From the sequence record NZ_CP031419.1: 64,000 nt of DNA; one strand, written 5' to 3'. Under the pieces are notes generated by a model. The model searched no databases, had not been told where the DNA came from, and saw only the letters and a program-made list of their open reading frames with translations. Numbering within the stretch: the stretch's first letter is position 1; each line of letters opens with the position of its first letter. The position numbers and the translations under genes were made by a program. This DNA comes from a plasmid. Of this stretch, positions 39,842 to 49,288 are shown in pieces.

Positions 39842-40786
39842 CCACATCGCCAGCACTCGGTCGGCTTCCGCTTCTGCCGCATCGAGCAGGGCTTCGACGT
39901 CAGCCATGGATTCCACTGCGCGCCGCCGGGCTGCGAGACCATGGTCAAAGTGGTCGTTACCGAGGGGTGGGCACTGGCTCTCGAAGGTGGGGTCATGGAC
40001 GAGGTCGACGCCGTCGTCTCGACGGCGTTTCCGTGGGCGATGGGTTGGCACTCTGCCGAGAATGTGCGCGGCGGTGATTACCCCGATCGAGCCGGGGGTG
40101 AGTGGCGAGGGATCGAGAGCCGGGCTACCGTCCCGGTCGAGGGCAAAGAGCAGCGGGCCTGTGGTGTGGGCCGCAGCGGATATGCGCTCAGGGAGCGTCT
40201 CGCGCTCGAGGTGCTGCTCCAGGAGATAGGTCGCGGTCGGCCGGTGCACGACAGCGAGGACTGCCGCCCAACGTCGGAAAGCGGCGACGGGGCAGATCGC
40301 GCGGTCGTCAGCGGCACGAAGGACTACGAGGGGCCCGGCGCCGATCTCGATGCGGTCCGAGCGGATCGCGACCTCGGATCGGTCAAGTCCTGCGATGAGC
40401 GGAAAGGAGAGGCCGGAGCGGGCTAGGTGGAGCAAGACCGCGTCGCGGCGGCCGAATAGCCCCGCAGGCCAGCCCCAGGTAGGAAGGTTCGGCAGGGCCG
40501 CTTCGATTAGTCCGTGAAGCCGCTCGGTCCTGGCGGCGCGGGCAGGATTCATCAAGTTGCGGACGTATGGTGATCGGCCGGGTGCGGGAAATCCAGCATT
40601 GCGGTGCGCCCAGTTGATGGCACTGAGGCGGCCTCGTTGGGTTGACGGTGCCGCCGGCGCGGACGCCAGGTACTCGCCGACCGCGCTCGGGTCGGCGGGC
40701 ATCGGCGTATGGCCATGCACGGCGCACCAGTCAGCGAAGCGGGAGTAGTCATAGCGGTAGCGCGCGGTGAGGGCATCGCTCACCAT
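39836..40786 (-). CDS. tyrosine-recombinase-like protein, truncated/degenerate paralog of downstream integrase
   Basis: N-terminal core-binding-like region (RFADWCAVHGHTPMPADPSAVGEYL) aligns with the integrase (RFERWCAVNATQGHQALPAHPLTVALYI). No C-terminal H-x-x-R...Y catalytic segment was recognised. Confidence 0.5.
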   Translation of the reverse strand: MVSDALTARYRYDYSRFADWCAVHGHTPMPADPSAVGEYLASAPAAPSTQRGRLSAINWAHRNAGFPAPGRSPYVRNLMNPARAARTERLHGLIEAALPNLPTWGWPAGLFGRRDAVLLHLARSGLSFPLIAGLDRSEVAIRSDRIEIGAGPLVVLRAADDRAICPVAAFRRWAAVLAVVHRPTATYLLEQHLERETLPERISAAAHTTGPLLFALDRDGSPALDPSPLTPGSIGVITAAHILGRVPTHRPRKRRRDDGVDLVHDPTFESQCPPLGNDHFDHGLAARRRAVESMADVEALLDAAEAEADRVLAMWG

Positions 40787-42072
40787 GGCAGCCGGGTGGC
40801 GGCGTTGCCGACCAGAGGAGCGTGTTCACGGGCATACACCCGGAGCATGGAGACTGACTTGTGTCGGGTTTGGCGCTGGATCTCGTAGTCGCTGGCGCCG
40901 AGTCGGTAGCCCTGCGTAACGAAGCCGCTGCGAAGGGAATGGCCCGCGAATAAGGCTGCGGTCTCTTTGTCGTACCCGACTGCCATTAATCGGCGGCGCA
41001 GCATATCGCCGACGGCTTCGGCCGTCAGCGCGGTAGATGCGATGTTCCCGTGGCGGTCGACCGCACGGAAGGCGGGGTTTCGCGAATTGGTGAGTTCGGG
41101 CCAGCGGCCGCGGCATACGTGCCGCTCGCAGTAGTCGTCGGTCTTGTTCAGCAGCTCCTGCACAGCAATGCGACCGCCGGCGTCGCGCGCTGCCACGAGG
41201 TCGAGCCAGCGCCGCCACGCGCACGGCGGGCATGTTGCGGGCTCGCTGCCCCGTGGGAGTGCGACCACCACTTCCTCTTCCTGCGATCCCTTCGAGATTC
41301 GCAGCCGGACGTGGAGGCCGTCGAGCCTGTGCGGAGTGATGTCCTCAAGCCAGCGCTCGGTCATCTCCGAGGCACGGAACGCGCCAGTGAACCCCATCAG
41401 CAGCAGTGCGGCGTCGCGGTGGGCGGCGATGCGCTGAGCGTCGTTCACCGCCTGGCGGCGGGCCTGGGTGACGAGCTCGCGCACGTCGTCGACGAGTACC
41501 GGTTCGGCGCGTTTGGGGCGGCGCTCGCCCTTCTCTCGGCAGGCCCTCCGGATGCCGGTCAGTACCTCGGCGACGATCCGTGCCGAGCCCGGATGCGGGT
41601 AGCCGGCCGCCCGGTGGCGGTCCCCGATCGCGGCAACCCATCGGGTGAGGGTCGGCGGAGCGTAGCGGCGTCGTCCTTTGCTATCGCGCAGTACGGCGGC
41701 TTCGCTGATGTAGAGGGCCACGGTGAGTGGATGGGCGGGCAGCGCCTGGTGCCCCTGCGTAGCGTTCACCGCGCACCAGCGCTCGAACCGCCGCCAGTCC
41801 GTCGCGTAGGAGCGAATCGTGTTGCGGGCCTGGGCGGTGGCGGTGGACTCCCCGATGAGCCGGAGATCCTCGCTTGACAGCGACGGCAGCGGCGCCAATG
41901 CCAATTCCGCGTCGGAGTCCACATCGGCAATTCCAAGAGGCGTCAGCACCTCCCGAATGCGGTCGATCTCCGCGTCGGCCAGCGCCGGTGCTGCCGCCTG
42001 GCGGTAGACCTCGATCTCCTTGCCGGTCATGTGGAGGAGCTTAGCCGTGTGGGCCGACATCCTCACTGGCAC
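40780..42072 (-). CDS. tyrosine-type site-specific recombinase/integrase
   Basis: Catalytic HSLRSGFVT (HxxR) and RHKSVSMLRVY (Tyr), with conserved Arg residues upstream. Confidence 0.75.
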   Translation of the reverse strand: MPVRMSAHTAKLLHMTGKEIEVYRQAAAPALADAEIDRIREVLTPLGIADVDSDAELALAPLPSLSSEDLRLIGESTATAQARNTIRSYATDWRRFERWCAVNATQGHQALPAHPLTVALYISEAAVLRDSKGRRRYAPPTLTRWVAAIGDRHRAAGYPHPGSARIVAEVLTGIRRACREKGERRPKRAEPVLVDDVRELVTQARRQAVNDAQRIAAHRDAALLLMGFTGAFRASEMTERWLEDITPHRLDGLHVRLRISKGSQEEEVVVALPRGSEPATCPPCAWRRWLDLVAARDAGGRIAVQELLNKTDDYCERHVCRGRWPELTNSRNPAFRAVDRHGNIASTALTAEAVGDMLRRRLMAVGYDKETAALFAGHSLRSGFVTQGYRLGASDYEIQRQTRHKSVSMLRVYAREHAPLVGNAATRLPW

Positions 42073-42119
42073 AAAACGTTCTGTGTCGGCGGATTGGAAG
42101 AGGCCCCGAAGTGTCGAGG

Positions 42120-43516
42120 TCAGTCGGTCTGCGCCGTCGTGTTATCCAGGCCAGCGGGCAGCGCGCGTTCGAAGAACCCGTCGTAGACCTCAGCCGGGAG
42201 CGTGCCCGACACGCGAAGGCATTCGCGGAGCGTGCGTGCGATAGTGCCCCGGCTGAGTTGCAACTCGGGCGAGCGGTCGGCTTCGCCGACGACCTCACCG
42301 ACCAAGCTTCGTGCGCGCGCCGGGTTGTGCGCGATGAGCCAGTCCAGGTTCCTGGCGACAGGGCCCGCGATCATGATCCAGTCGCTGGAGGGGCGTAGCC
42401 GCTCTCCCCGCCGCAACTGGTCGCGCAGCGCGTAGAACAGGGTGTCGCGCTGGTTGTCCATGCCCGCGATCCGGTCGAGGTCGTTGACCACGAAGAGCGC
42501 GAGATCTCGGGCGACCGCGGTGACTTGCTCCTTGTTGCGCTGTCCGATGACCCACCAACGCCGTCGTTTCGGGACGCCCCAGAAGTAGTGGGTGTACTCC
42601 TCCGTGAGCCGGTCGAACAGCGCGGCGATTCCGCGTGGCATCGGATTGTCGGGGCTGGTGGCGAGTACCTCCCCGATCCCGGCGGCTGACCGCTCACGGG
42701 CTTCGACCCAGTCGGCGGCGACAGGCCGGGACCACAATGCCCTGCCCCCGAGGACCAATTGAGGGTCGGGCAACAGCCCCTCCCCGCGAGCGCGATATCC
42801 GCGCACAGTGCCCGGCGCCAGTCCCGCCATGGCCGCGAGTTGGGTGGCGTTGATGAGCTGGTCCGCGCGGCCAGTTCGGGGGCATGCAGACTGACCACGC
42901 AGTCTTCGAGAGGGCGGCCGTCGCTGGTCCGCAAGTGCTCCCAGAGCGCGAGATCGTCGAGCCAGTGCGGTGATCCCTCGCTGTCGAGTTGGACATCCTC
43001 GACTGAAAGCAGGCGGCCGCGTCCGGGATCGGCTGGGGCGGACGCCAATTGCTGTGCTGCTGTGACAGTTTCGGCGTTGGCGACTTGCCGAAGGGCGTAG
43101 CCGCCGGCGACGGTGTCGACCACTTGCCGCGGGCGGTACCAAGATGTGCCGTCCCACCAGTAGCCCCCGGACCGGAACAGCAGCGGCGAGGGTCGGCCTG
43201 CGTCCCAGGCGGCCCAGAGTTCATGGAGGCCCGCAGCGTCCTCATCGCGCACCAGCAAGACGGTGCGCCCGTGGTCGGGATGGTAGTGGATCGACCATGC
43301 GAACTCGGGACGGCGTGGATCGGTGGTGAACGCCCACCAACGCTGGCCGCCGGTGCTGTAATCGAAGCGGCCCCAGGTCTTTTCGTCACGTCCCCGGCCT
43401 ACCCCCTCGATGTCCTCCGGGTCGTCTACGGGTATGTGAAGGTCGTCTACGAACGGCAACGACGGAACTGGATGATCGGTGCTGAGCCCGTTCGCGAGCG
43501 GCACAACTCCCAACAT
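42120..43516 (-). pseudogene. frameshifted gene (N-terminal domain in one frame, HTH-containing C-terminal part in another)
   Basis: The protein-like signal switches between ORF 42371..43516 and ORF 42120..43157 near ~42870, at a CCCCC run. Both ORFs continue as Arg/Ser-rich noise beyond the switch point. Confidence 0.4.
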
Positions 43517-43534
43517 GCTGACCCTCTTTCCTGA

Positions 43535-43576
43535 GCGTTGTAATGGTGCAGCGTAGGCGCTGCACCATTACAACGC
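43535..43576. promoter_or_regulatory. perfect 19-bp-arm inverted repeat (GCGTTGTAATGGTGCAGCG-tagg-CGCTGCACCATTACAACGC)
   Basis: Lies in the divergent intergenic region between 43516(-) and 43671(+), adjacent to the recombinase module. Confidence 0.45.
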
Positions 43577-43670
43577 AACCACCGCGCTCGGAGCTGCGGA
43601 CGCCGCCGGATTCAGATGTTTTCGATACACTCGAATAACTAGAACTTTCGACAGGAGGAGGTCTGAACCG

Positions 43671-44129
43671 ATGGAACTGGCGACGTATCCCCAGGTGCCG
43701 GGGCAGCTGGCCCTGTGGGAGCCCGAAGTCGAGCAGCCGCCCGCACGGCCGTCACATCCCCACCGGCCGGCCGGACTGCACACCTGCCCCAACCCGGAGT
43801 GCGGCTACCCCGCGAAGGGGGAAAGCGCACGCGGGCGCCTGCGAGAGGACGTGAAGGTCGTCTGGCTCGTACCCGACCCCGACCAGCCGGACACCCCAGC
43901 CGAGCGCCGCTACTGCAACCGCTGTCGCCCGCGGCCACCGCAGCAAATCGCCGATGTCGAGTGCGCGGCCTGCGACCATGGCGGGCCGCTCCTTGTCGGG
44001 GCACTCGCGATCACGCTGCGCGCCAAGGGGAAAGTCCCCACCGCCGTCCTCACATGGTTGATGGACCAGGGGTGGCGCGAGCAGGAGGGCGGGGGGCTCC
44101 TCTGTCCCGACCATCCCGCCCACCGATAA
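43671..44129 (+). CDS. Cys-rich (zinc-ribbon-like) hypothetical protein
   Basis: CPNPECGY...CNRCRP...CAAC...CPDHP. AGGAGGAGG RBS. Confidence 0.4.
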   Translation: MELATYPQVPGQLALWEPEVEQPPARPSHPHRPAGLHTCPNPECGYPAKGESARGRLREDVKVVWLVPDPDQPDTPAERRYCNRCRPRPPQQIADVECAACDHGGPLLVGALAITLRAKGKVPTAVLTWLMDQGWREQEGGGLLCPDHPAHR

Positions 44130-44398
44130 ACATCTAGTTATACAGCTATTGCGACTTGAGCATTGATTCTGGCCAGCGCCGAATGCCCCACCGAGCGTGG
44201 CGCACGGCTCGCGGCCCAGATACAGCCGTGCCCCGGGCGGCATGCTCAGCAGAGGCGGACCCGGGGCGTACGGGAACACGGTAGGCGGCCCGAGAACTTC
44301 CGGTCAACCTAATTTTCTAGCTGCGGCCCCGCAATTCAAAACGGCCGTTTTGGAATGCCGGGCGACCCGCTGGCCCGCGGCCGGGCGGGACCCCGGGG

Positions 44399-44902
44399 CT
44401 ATTCGGCGGACTGACGCAGGTGCGGGCGGGTCAGGCCCTTCCCGCGCCGCTCATTGAGTATCTCGACGACTCCGCGTGTGCGGTACACGGTGCGGGCCCC
44501 GCGGTCCTCGTGCTCGACCTTCTCGTCGAAGGTCTCGCGATATTGGGTCACGGTCTTGCCGTCGACGCCGAGCAGGCGGGCGATGGCGCCGAGGGTACGG
44601 AACTCGTCGGGCCCGTCGGGCATGAGGAAGGGAGCCGGCCGGTTGGCGGCTTCCCAGCGCTCGGCGAAGGCGTCGAGTTCGTCGGAGTCGTACTCCGGGG
44701 CGGGGGTGCCTTTGCCGGTGCGCGGGCGGGGTTGCTTCGGGGCCGGGAAGTCGTCGCGACCGGTCCAGTTGTTGCGGATCGAGCCATAGCTGCGGCCGCG
44801 CTGTTCGGCCCATTCCTTCAACGTGATCAGGGTTCCCACGCCCTCATTGTGGTCGGAGGCAGCTCCGGCGTGGTGGTCGGCTGTCGGCGCGGTGGGGATC
44901 AT
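44399..44902 (-). CDS. hypothetical DNA-binding protein (HTH-like)
   Basis: LGAIARLLGVDGKTVTQYR and LITLKEWAEQRGRSYGSIRNNW are HTH-like segments. Confidence 0.4.
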   Translation of the reverse strand: MIPTAPTADHHAGAASDHNEGVGTLITLKEWAEQRGRSYGSIRNNWTGRDDFPAPKQPRPRTGKGTPAPEYDSDELDAFAERWEAANRPAPFLMPDGPDEFRTLGAIARLLGVDGKTVTQYRETFDEKVEHEDRGARTVYRTRGVVEILNERRGKGLTRPHLRQSAE

Positions 44903-45073
44903 CGTCGCTTCTTCTCTCTCGCGGTGGCGGGGTGTCGAAGTGTCGAATCAGGGCGATTCGCTTGCTAAGCTTGGCGATGCCCTTCTTTTGCGAGTGGGGC
45001 ACTTTCGGGCGGCCTGGCGTGTCCGAGCTGCGGTCTTCGCGACCGAGGCTTCGCCGGCCGCCCGAGCCATGTC

Positions 45074-45805
45074 CTAGGAGCCCTCCAGGAACGCCGTGAG
45101 CGCCGCTGCGGCGGCGATGCTGGGTTCGGGCTCCCCGGCGTGCGGCCAGTCCTCCACGTGCAAGCTCAGGTCATCCCAGAGCTTTCGGGCTTCGGCGATC
45201 AGCACGGCCCGGTCGATACCGGTGCGGCCGTTCACCCACTCGGCCAAGTTCGGGCAATAGTGCTCCCCGGCCCAACCCTCGGCGATGGCCCTGGCCTCGT
45301 ACGCGGTGATCACGGTGTCGAAGCTGCCGTCGGTGTAGATGCGCTGGGCGACCGCTTCGTAGACGCTGGGCACCGTTTCAGTGGTTTGCCAGACACGCAC
45401 CTCGGTGGTGAAGGTCAGCACGTCACCGGGCATCTCCTCGTCGCGACGGTCGAGCCAGAACGGTGCCACCTCGGCTCTGGGGACACTGGTCAGGCTTTCG
45501 CGGTCGATGCACTTGTTGCCGTACATGCCGGAGGTGCCGGTGTAGTCGATGCTCCCATCGGGATCGAGAATGAAGCCGTAATCGGGGTCGTCCCCGCAGG
45601 CGAACAACTCGCCGCTGTAGGCAGTGACCCACAAACGGGAGCGGTACCCGCCGGGGTGAACGAGGATATCGCCGGTCCAGGGGCTGGTGGGCCCGGCCGC
45701 ACGGGCCACGACGCCGCGGCGAGCGCGGGCCTCATCGGCGGTGGTCCAGCGGGAGCGGTCGAACATCGTGAATGGCATCGGAGGAAGTCCTTCCGGAGAA
45801 GTCAT
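45074..45805 (-). CDS. hypothetical protein
   Basis: Start at MTSPEGLPP (243 aa). Upstream portion of track ORF 45074..47149 is antisense/other-frame noise overlapping the methyltransferase. Confidence 0.45.
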   Translation of the reverse strand: MTSPEGLPPMPFTMFDRSRWTTADEARARRGVVARAAGPTSPWTGDILVHPGGYRSRLWVTAYSGELFACGDDPDYGFILDPDGSIDYTGTSGMYGNKCIDRESLTSVPRAEVAPFWLDRRDEEMPGDVLTFTTEVRVWQTTETVPSVYEAVAQRIYTDGSFDTVITAYEARAIAEGWAGEHYCPNLAEWVNGRTGIDRAVLIAEARKLWDDLSLHVEDWPHAGEPEPSIAAAAALTAFLEGS

Positions 45806-45862
45806 GGGGGCCAGGGGTTTCAATCGCGGATGGGGTTGCGGGAGTGGACGAGAAAGGAAGGG

Positions 45863-45899
45863 CCAGGGAGGGGGCCCGGTGTGCGGGCCCCCTCCCTGG
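45863..45899 (-). terminator. 16-bp-arm GC-rich hairpin downstream of the methyltransferase stop (also in 5' leader of next gene)
   Basis: CCAGGGAGGGGGCCCG-gtgtg-CGGGCCCCCTCCCTGG, followed on the minus strand by TTCCTTTCT. Confidence 0.35.
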
Positions 45900-45903
45900 T
45901 GGA

Positions 45904-47583
45904 TCACGCCGCCGGGGTGTAGCGGTCGAGCTCTTCGCCGGTGATGGCCTCCACCAGCGCAGAGATCAAAATCTCGGCAGCGGGCGGGGTGACGGCGTTG
46001 CCGAGCTGGCGCACCCGTTGGCGCTTGTTGCCGAGCACGATGTAGTCCTTGCGGAACGCCATCGCGTCCTGGATCTCGTGCGGCTCCAACATGCGGAACC
46101 GAGTGTTCTCGATGTCGCGCTCGGTGATCATGTCGACCAGAGCGAACCGGTCGCGGGTGCTGACCGTGCCCAGCGGTTCGGTGGCGGGCCGGGCGGTGCC
46201 GGTGCTGTAGTAGGGCAGCAGCAGCGTGTTCCACAGCTCGGGCGACATCCCGGCGGGCGGCGTGACCAGGCCGTGGTGATTGCCGCTGGCGGTGACGGTG
46301 GCCAGGGCCTCGGTCACCGGACGCGCGTCCGAGGAACCGCCGCGCAGCTCGGCGACGAAGGGGAGGAACGCCACCGCCGTCTCGTTGCGGGTGGTCTGGG
46401 TGCGCAGCGGCATCGAGGCCAGCTGGGCTTCCTTGCCGTCGCGACCCTCCATCGGAATCATCAGCGGCGGCGGCACGACCAGGCCGTGGTTGGAGCCGTC
46501 GGCAACGACCGTGGCGAGGGGTTCGTTCAGCCCGATCGTGCGGGGGCGGTCCGAGCGCAGCAGCGCCAGGAACGGCTGCGGGATCGCGAGCCCGTCGTTC
46601 TCCCGGGTGGTGCGGGCGGCCATGGGCCCTGTGACCTGGGTGGCGTCGTCGCGCCAGGTTCCCCCGGCGGGGACCATCATCGGCATCATCGAGGCGTAGC
46701 GGCGCATCCCGACGCGAATGCGTTCCATGGTCTTGGGAGCCAGAGGCTTGTCCCGGTCGCCGATGCGGGTGCCCGGCAGGGTCCAGTCGATCGCGGCGGC
46801 CGCCGGGAGCGCGGGCGGCTCCACGATCGAGTTGCGGCAGCTGACGCGAGGGCAGCGGTACACGTACTGGGTGCGGTAGCGCCCCATGTCGGCATTGGGC
46901 TTCTTGAAGACCTGGAGGGCGCTCACCCACTCGTCGCAGGCCAGGCAGTACGACAACGGGCGGAGCCACTTGTTCCAGTCGGGCTCGCGGCCGAGCTTGA
47001 GATCCCAGTAGGCGACGTAGAGCCGGTCCCGGGACTGCGGGGCCGCCGGAGTGCGAACCGGCTGGGCATGGCTGGAGTTGAGGGCGATGACCTTGACCCC
47101 GTAGCCCAGGGCCCGGATCTCGCCGATCCAGCGGTTCCACTGGTCCCACTGACGGACCTCGACCACGTTCTCCACGACCCCGGCGCGGACCCGGCCACCG
47201 CGCTCGATCACGCCGCGCAGGTACATCGGGACCTCTTCCATCAGCGCCCTGCTGCGGTCGGCTTCCTCATCGCGCTGAAGGTCGAGGAGGTCACCTTGGA
47301 GGGTGTTGTCGTAGTCGCGCTTCTTGCCGCGCGCCGAGGACCACTGCGGGCACTCCGGCGAGGCCCAGAAGATATCGGCCACAGGCCATTTCACGATCTG
47401 TTCTTTGGCCTCTTCGGTGCTCAGGTCTCCGAGGAAGTGATCGGCCTCGGGGTAGTTGGTGGCATGGGTCTCGATGGCCTTCGACCAGTGGTTCGCCGCG
47501 CGGGTGACGCGCACACCGGGCACCTTCGATGCGCCCTGAGTGGAGCCGCCAGCGCCGCAGAACCAATCCATCAATTCGAGCAT
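45904..47583 (-). CDS. DNA (cytosine-5)-methyltransferase, orphan (no cognate endonuclease seen)
   Basis: Motif I DWFCGAGG, PC motif ASPECPQWS, ENV motif VVENVVEV. 559 aa. Confidence 0.8.
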   Translation of the reverse strand: MLELMDWFCGAGGSTQGASKVPGVRVTRAANHWSKAIETHATNYPEADHFLGDLSTEEAKEQIVKWPVADIFWASPECPQWSSARGKKRDYDNTLQGDLLDLQRDEEADRSRALMEEVPMYLRGVIERGGRVRAGVVENVVEVRQWDQWNRWIGEIRALGYGVKVIALNSSHAQPVRTPAAPQSRDRLYVAYWDLKLGREPDWNKWLRPLSYCLACDEWVSALQVFKKPNADMGRYRTQYVYRCPRVSCRNSIVEPPALPAAAAIDWTLPGTRIGDRDKPLAPKTMERIRVGMRRYASMMPMMVPAGGTWRDDATQVTGPMAARTTRENDGLAIPQPFLALLRSDRPRTIGLNEPLATVVADGSNHGLVVPPPLMIPMEGRDGKEAQLASMPLRTQTTRNETAVAFLPFVAELRGGSSDARPVTEALATVTASGNHHGLVTPPAGMSPELWNTLLLPYYSTGTARPATEPLGTVSTRDRFALVDMITERDIENTRFRMLEPHEIQDAMAFRKDYIVLGNKRQRVRQLGNAVTPPAAEILISALVEAITGEELDRYTPAA

Positions 47584-47606
47584 GGGAATCGTCCCTTCGT
47601 GATTTG

Positions 47607-47670
47607 CGAGTGGGTCGAAGAAGGCGGGGTGTCCGGTCCCGCTTCCTTCTATGTCATATATTACCCGTTA
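47607..47670 (-). promoter_or_regulatory. conserved hairpin leader/promoter element, copy 1 (upstream of methyltransferase)
   Basis: GCGAGTGGGTCGAAGAAGGCGGGGTGTCCGGTCCCGCTTCCTTCTATGTCATATATTACCCG, nearly identical to the copy at 59232..59298. Confidence 0.6.
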
Positions 47671-48019
47671 AAGTTGATCGAGGTCAAGAACTTTCTTGAC
47701 GTGTCTTTTATCGAAATTATCTGTGCGGCAACAGCTTTCGATTCTCCTGCCGACCTGGGGATCGGGGCCGCAAACGCTACCGATACAATGGATGTTTTAG
47801 ATACACTGGAAGTGTTCGAAAAGTGCCCGCTCCCCGCGTTCGCCCACGTCAACGGAGCCGGAAGGGCTCGACAACGGCGTCGGGCCCAGCGGCGAACCCG
47901 CGAGCAGACACCGATCACACGAGAACCGCTGAGCGCTCGCGCGTCTCGGACCGGCCGCATACGTCGGAACGAGGTGGAAGACTTGCGGGCGAACGAGGCG
48001 TGGCCGACGCAACCGAACG

Positions 48020-48964
48020 ATGGAGCAGCCGATGACCGATGCCAGATCCGACCCCGCCGCACCCGAGGCGAGCCTCGGGGACCTCCAGGCCGAGGCGATC
48101 ACCCTGCTCACCCGCGTCTCGAGGATGCAGCGCTCCCGTCCGGCGGCGAACGGCGCTGCGGCCGCCCGCGCGACCGATCCGATCGACTTCGCCGAATTCG
48201 TCACCCAGGTGATGGCCGGAGTGGCCGCCAACCGGGGCGGCGTCGCCGTGCTGGCCGGTCGGCCCGGCAGCTGGGAGGCCGACAAACTGCGCGACATGCT
48301 CTACAGCACCGTCGGCGAGGACGAATGGGCGCTGGCCGAGCACCGCACCGAACCCGTGGTGATCCCGCTCGCGATCGAGGAAGTCCTGATCGACGCCGGG
48401 GAGCCCGAGGAATACGAACCCGAGGACCGCGCCCAGGAGATCGTCCGGCGCGCCCAGACCGCCGGCCTCAGCGTGGACGAATGGCTGACCCGCTGGAACG
48501 GCCGCGAACCGGTCTTCACCCGATGGCGGCCGTTGATGAAGCCCGAGGACCACTACGACGAGCAGGTCAACGCGGTCGAGAACCGCCACGACGATGCCTA
48601 CACCGCCCTCGAGGCCCGCTACCCCGAGGACACCGACTACAGCGTCTACGCCGCCGAGGCCGAGCAGCTCGACGCGCAGCGTGACGCCGAACTCGCCGCG
48701 CTGCGGGAGCGGTGGCGTCGGCGCTACCAGCGCTACGCCACCGCATTCGAGGCGGCCGTGCGGGCCAAGGCCGACGAGCTCGGGGTGCGGGTACCGCTCG
48801 AAGTCCAGGTCGAGACGGACCCGGACCGAACCTGGGACGCCCGCCAGAACATCGCTCCCGGCTGGGCCGACGCCGACCGGCTCGCCGTCCGCCTGTACGA
48901 GCACGCCCGCGAAGTCACCCCCACCGCCCTTCTGACCACCGACGAGCCCGACACCGAAGGCTGA
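48020..48964 (+). CDS. hypothetical protein
   Basis: 314 aa, acidic. Divergent from the methyltransferase. TTTAGATACACT motif about 230 bp upstream. Confidence 0.4.
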   Translation: MEQPMTDARSDPAAPEASLGDLQAEAITLLTRVSRMQRSRPAANGAAAARATDPIDFAEFVTQVMAGVAANRGGVAVLAGRPGSWEADKLRDMLYSTVGEDEWALAEHRTEPVVIPLAIEEVLIDAGEPEEYEPEDRAQEIVRRAQTAGLSVDEWLTRWNGREPVFTRWRPLMKPEDHYDEQVNAVENRHDDAYTALEARYPEDTDYSVYAAEAEQLDAQRDAELAALRERWRRRYQRYATAFEAAVRAKADELGVRVPLEVQVETDPDRTWDARQNIAPGWADADRLAVRLYEHAREVTPTALLTTDEPDTEG

Positions 48965-48970
48965 GGCCCC

Positions 48971-49288
48971 ATGACCGCCGAGAGCGCCCCCAAAACCCCA
49001 CCGGCACAGCGGGTTCTGACCGTCGGGCAGATCCGCGAAGCCCTTGCACAGTTCCCCGACGATCTCCCGCTGATGGTGTGCGTTCCCGTCGACGACGACA
49101 CCTACGAAAGCTACGGAGTCACGATGGGCCCCTACCACCAGCGGGCTGACTGGGGCGACGGGCTCGGCCCGGTCGCTGACGAACGCTACGTCGCCATCGA
49201 CGCCATGGCGTACTTCCTTGCTCTGCGAGAGGAGCTGGAGATCACCTCCGCCGACTCGGTCGCATCCGAGCAGGAGGCCGGACTGTGA
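48971..49288 (+). CDS. hypothetical protein
   Basis: 105 aa, tightly packed with neighbours. Confidence 0.35.
   Translation: MTAESAPKTPPAQRVLTVGQIREALAQFPDDLPLMVCVPVDDDTYESYGVTMGPYHQRADWGDGLGPVADERYVAIDAMAYFLALREELEITSADSVASEQEAGL

Noticed and set aside
36740-39850. CRISPR array
   Set aside because: The repeats here are of two types with irregular spacing and no unique spacer structure. They fit iteron/parS arrays, not CRISPR.
42072-44400. tRNA gene as integration target near the integrase
   Set aside because: No tRNA-like cloverleaf or T-loop (GGTTCGAATCC-type) sequence seen by eye. It cannot be excluded without tRNAscan.
45074-47149. 691-aa minus-strand ORF
   Set aside because: Only the last 243 codons (from MTSPEGLPP) look protein-like. 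The upstream portion overlaps the methyltransferase in another frame and is Arg/Pro-rich noise.
45772-48684. 970-aa plus-strand ORF
   Set aside because: Arg/Gly-rich, low-complexity, and antisense to the C5 methyltransferase and the divergent intergenic region. Typical spurious high-GC ORF.
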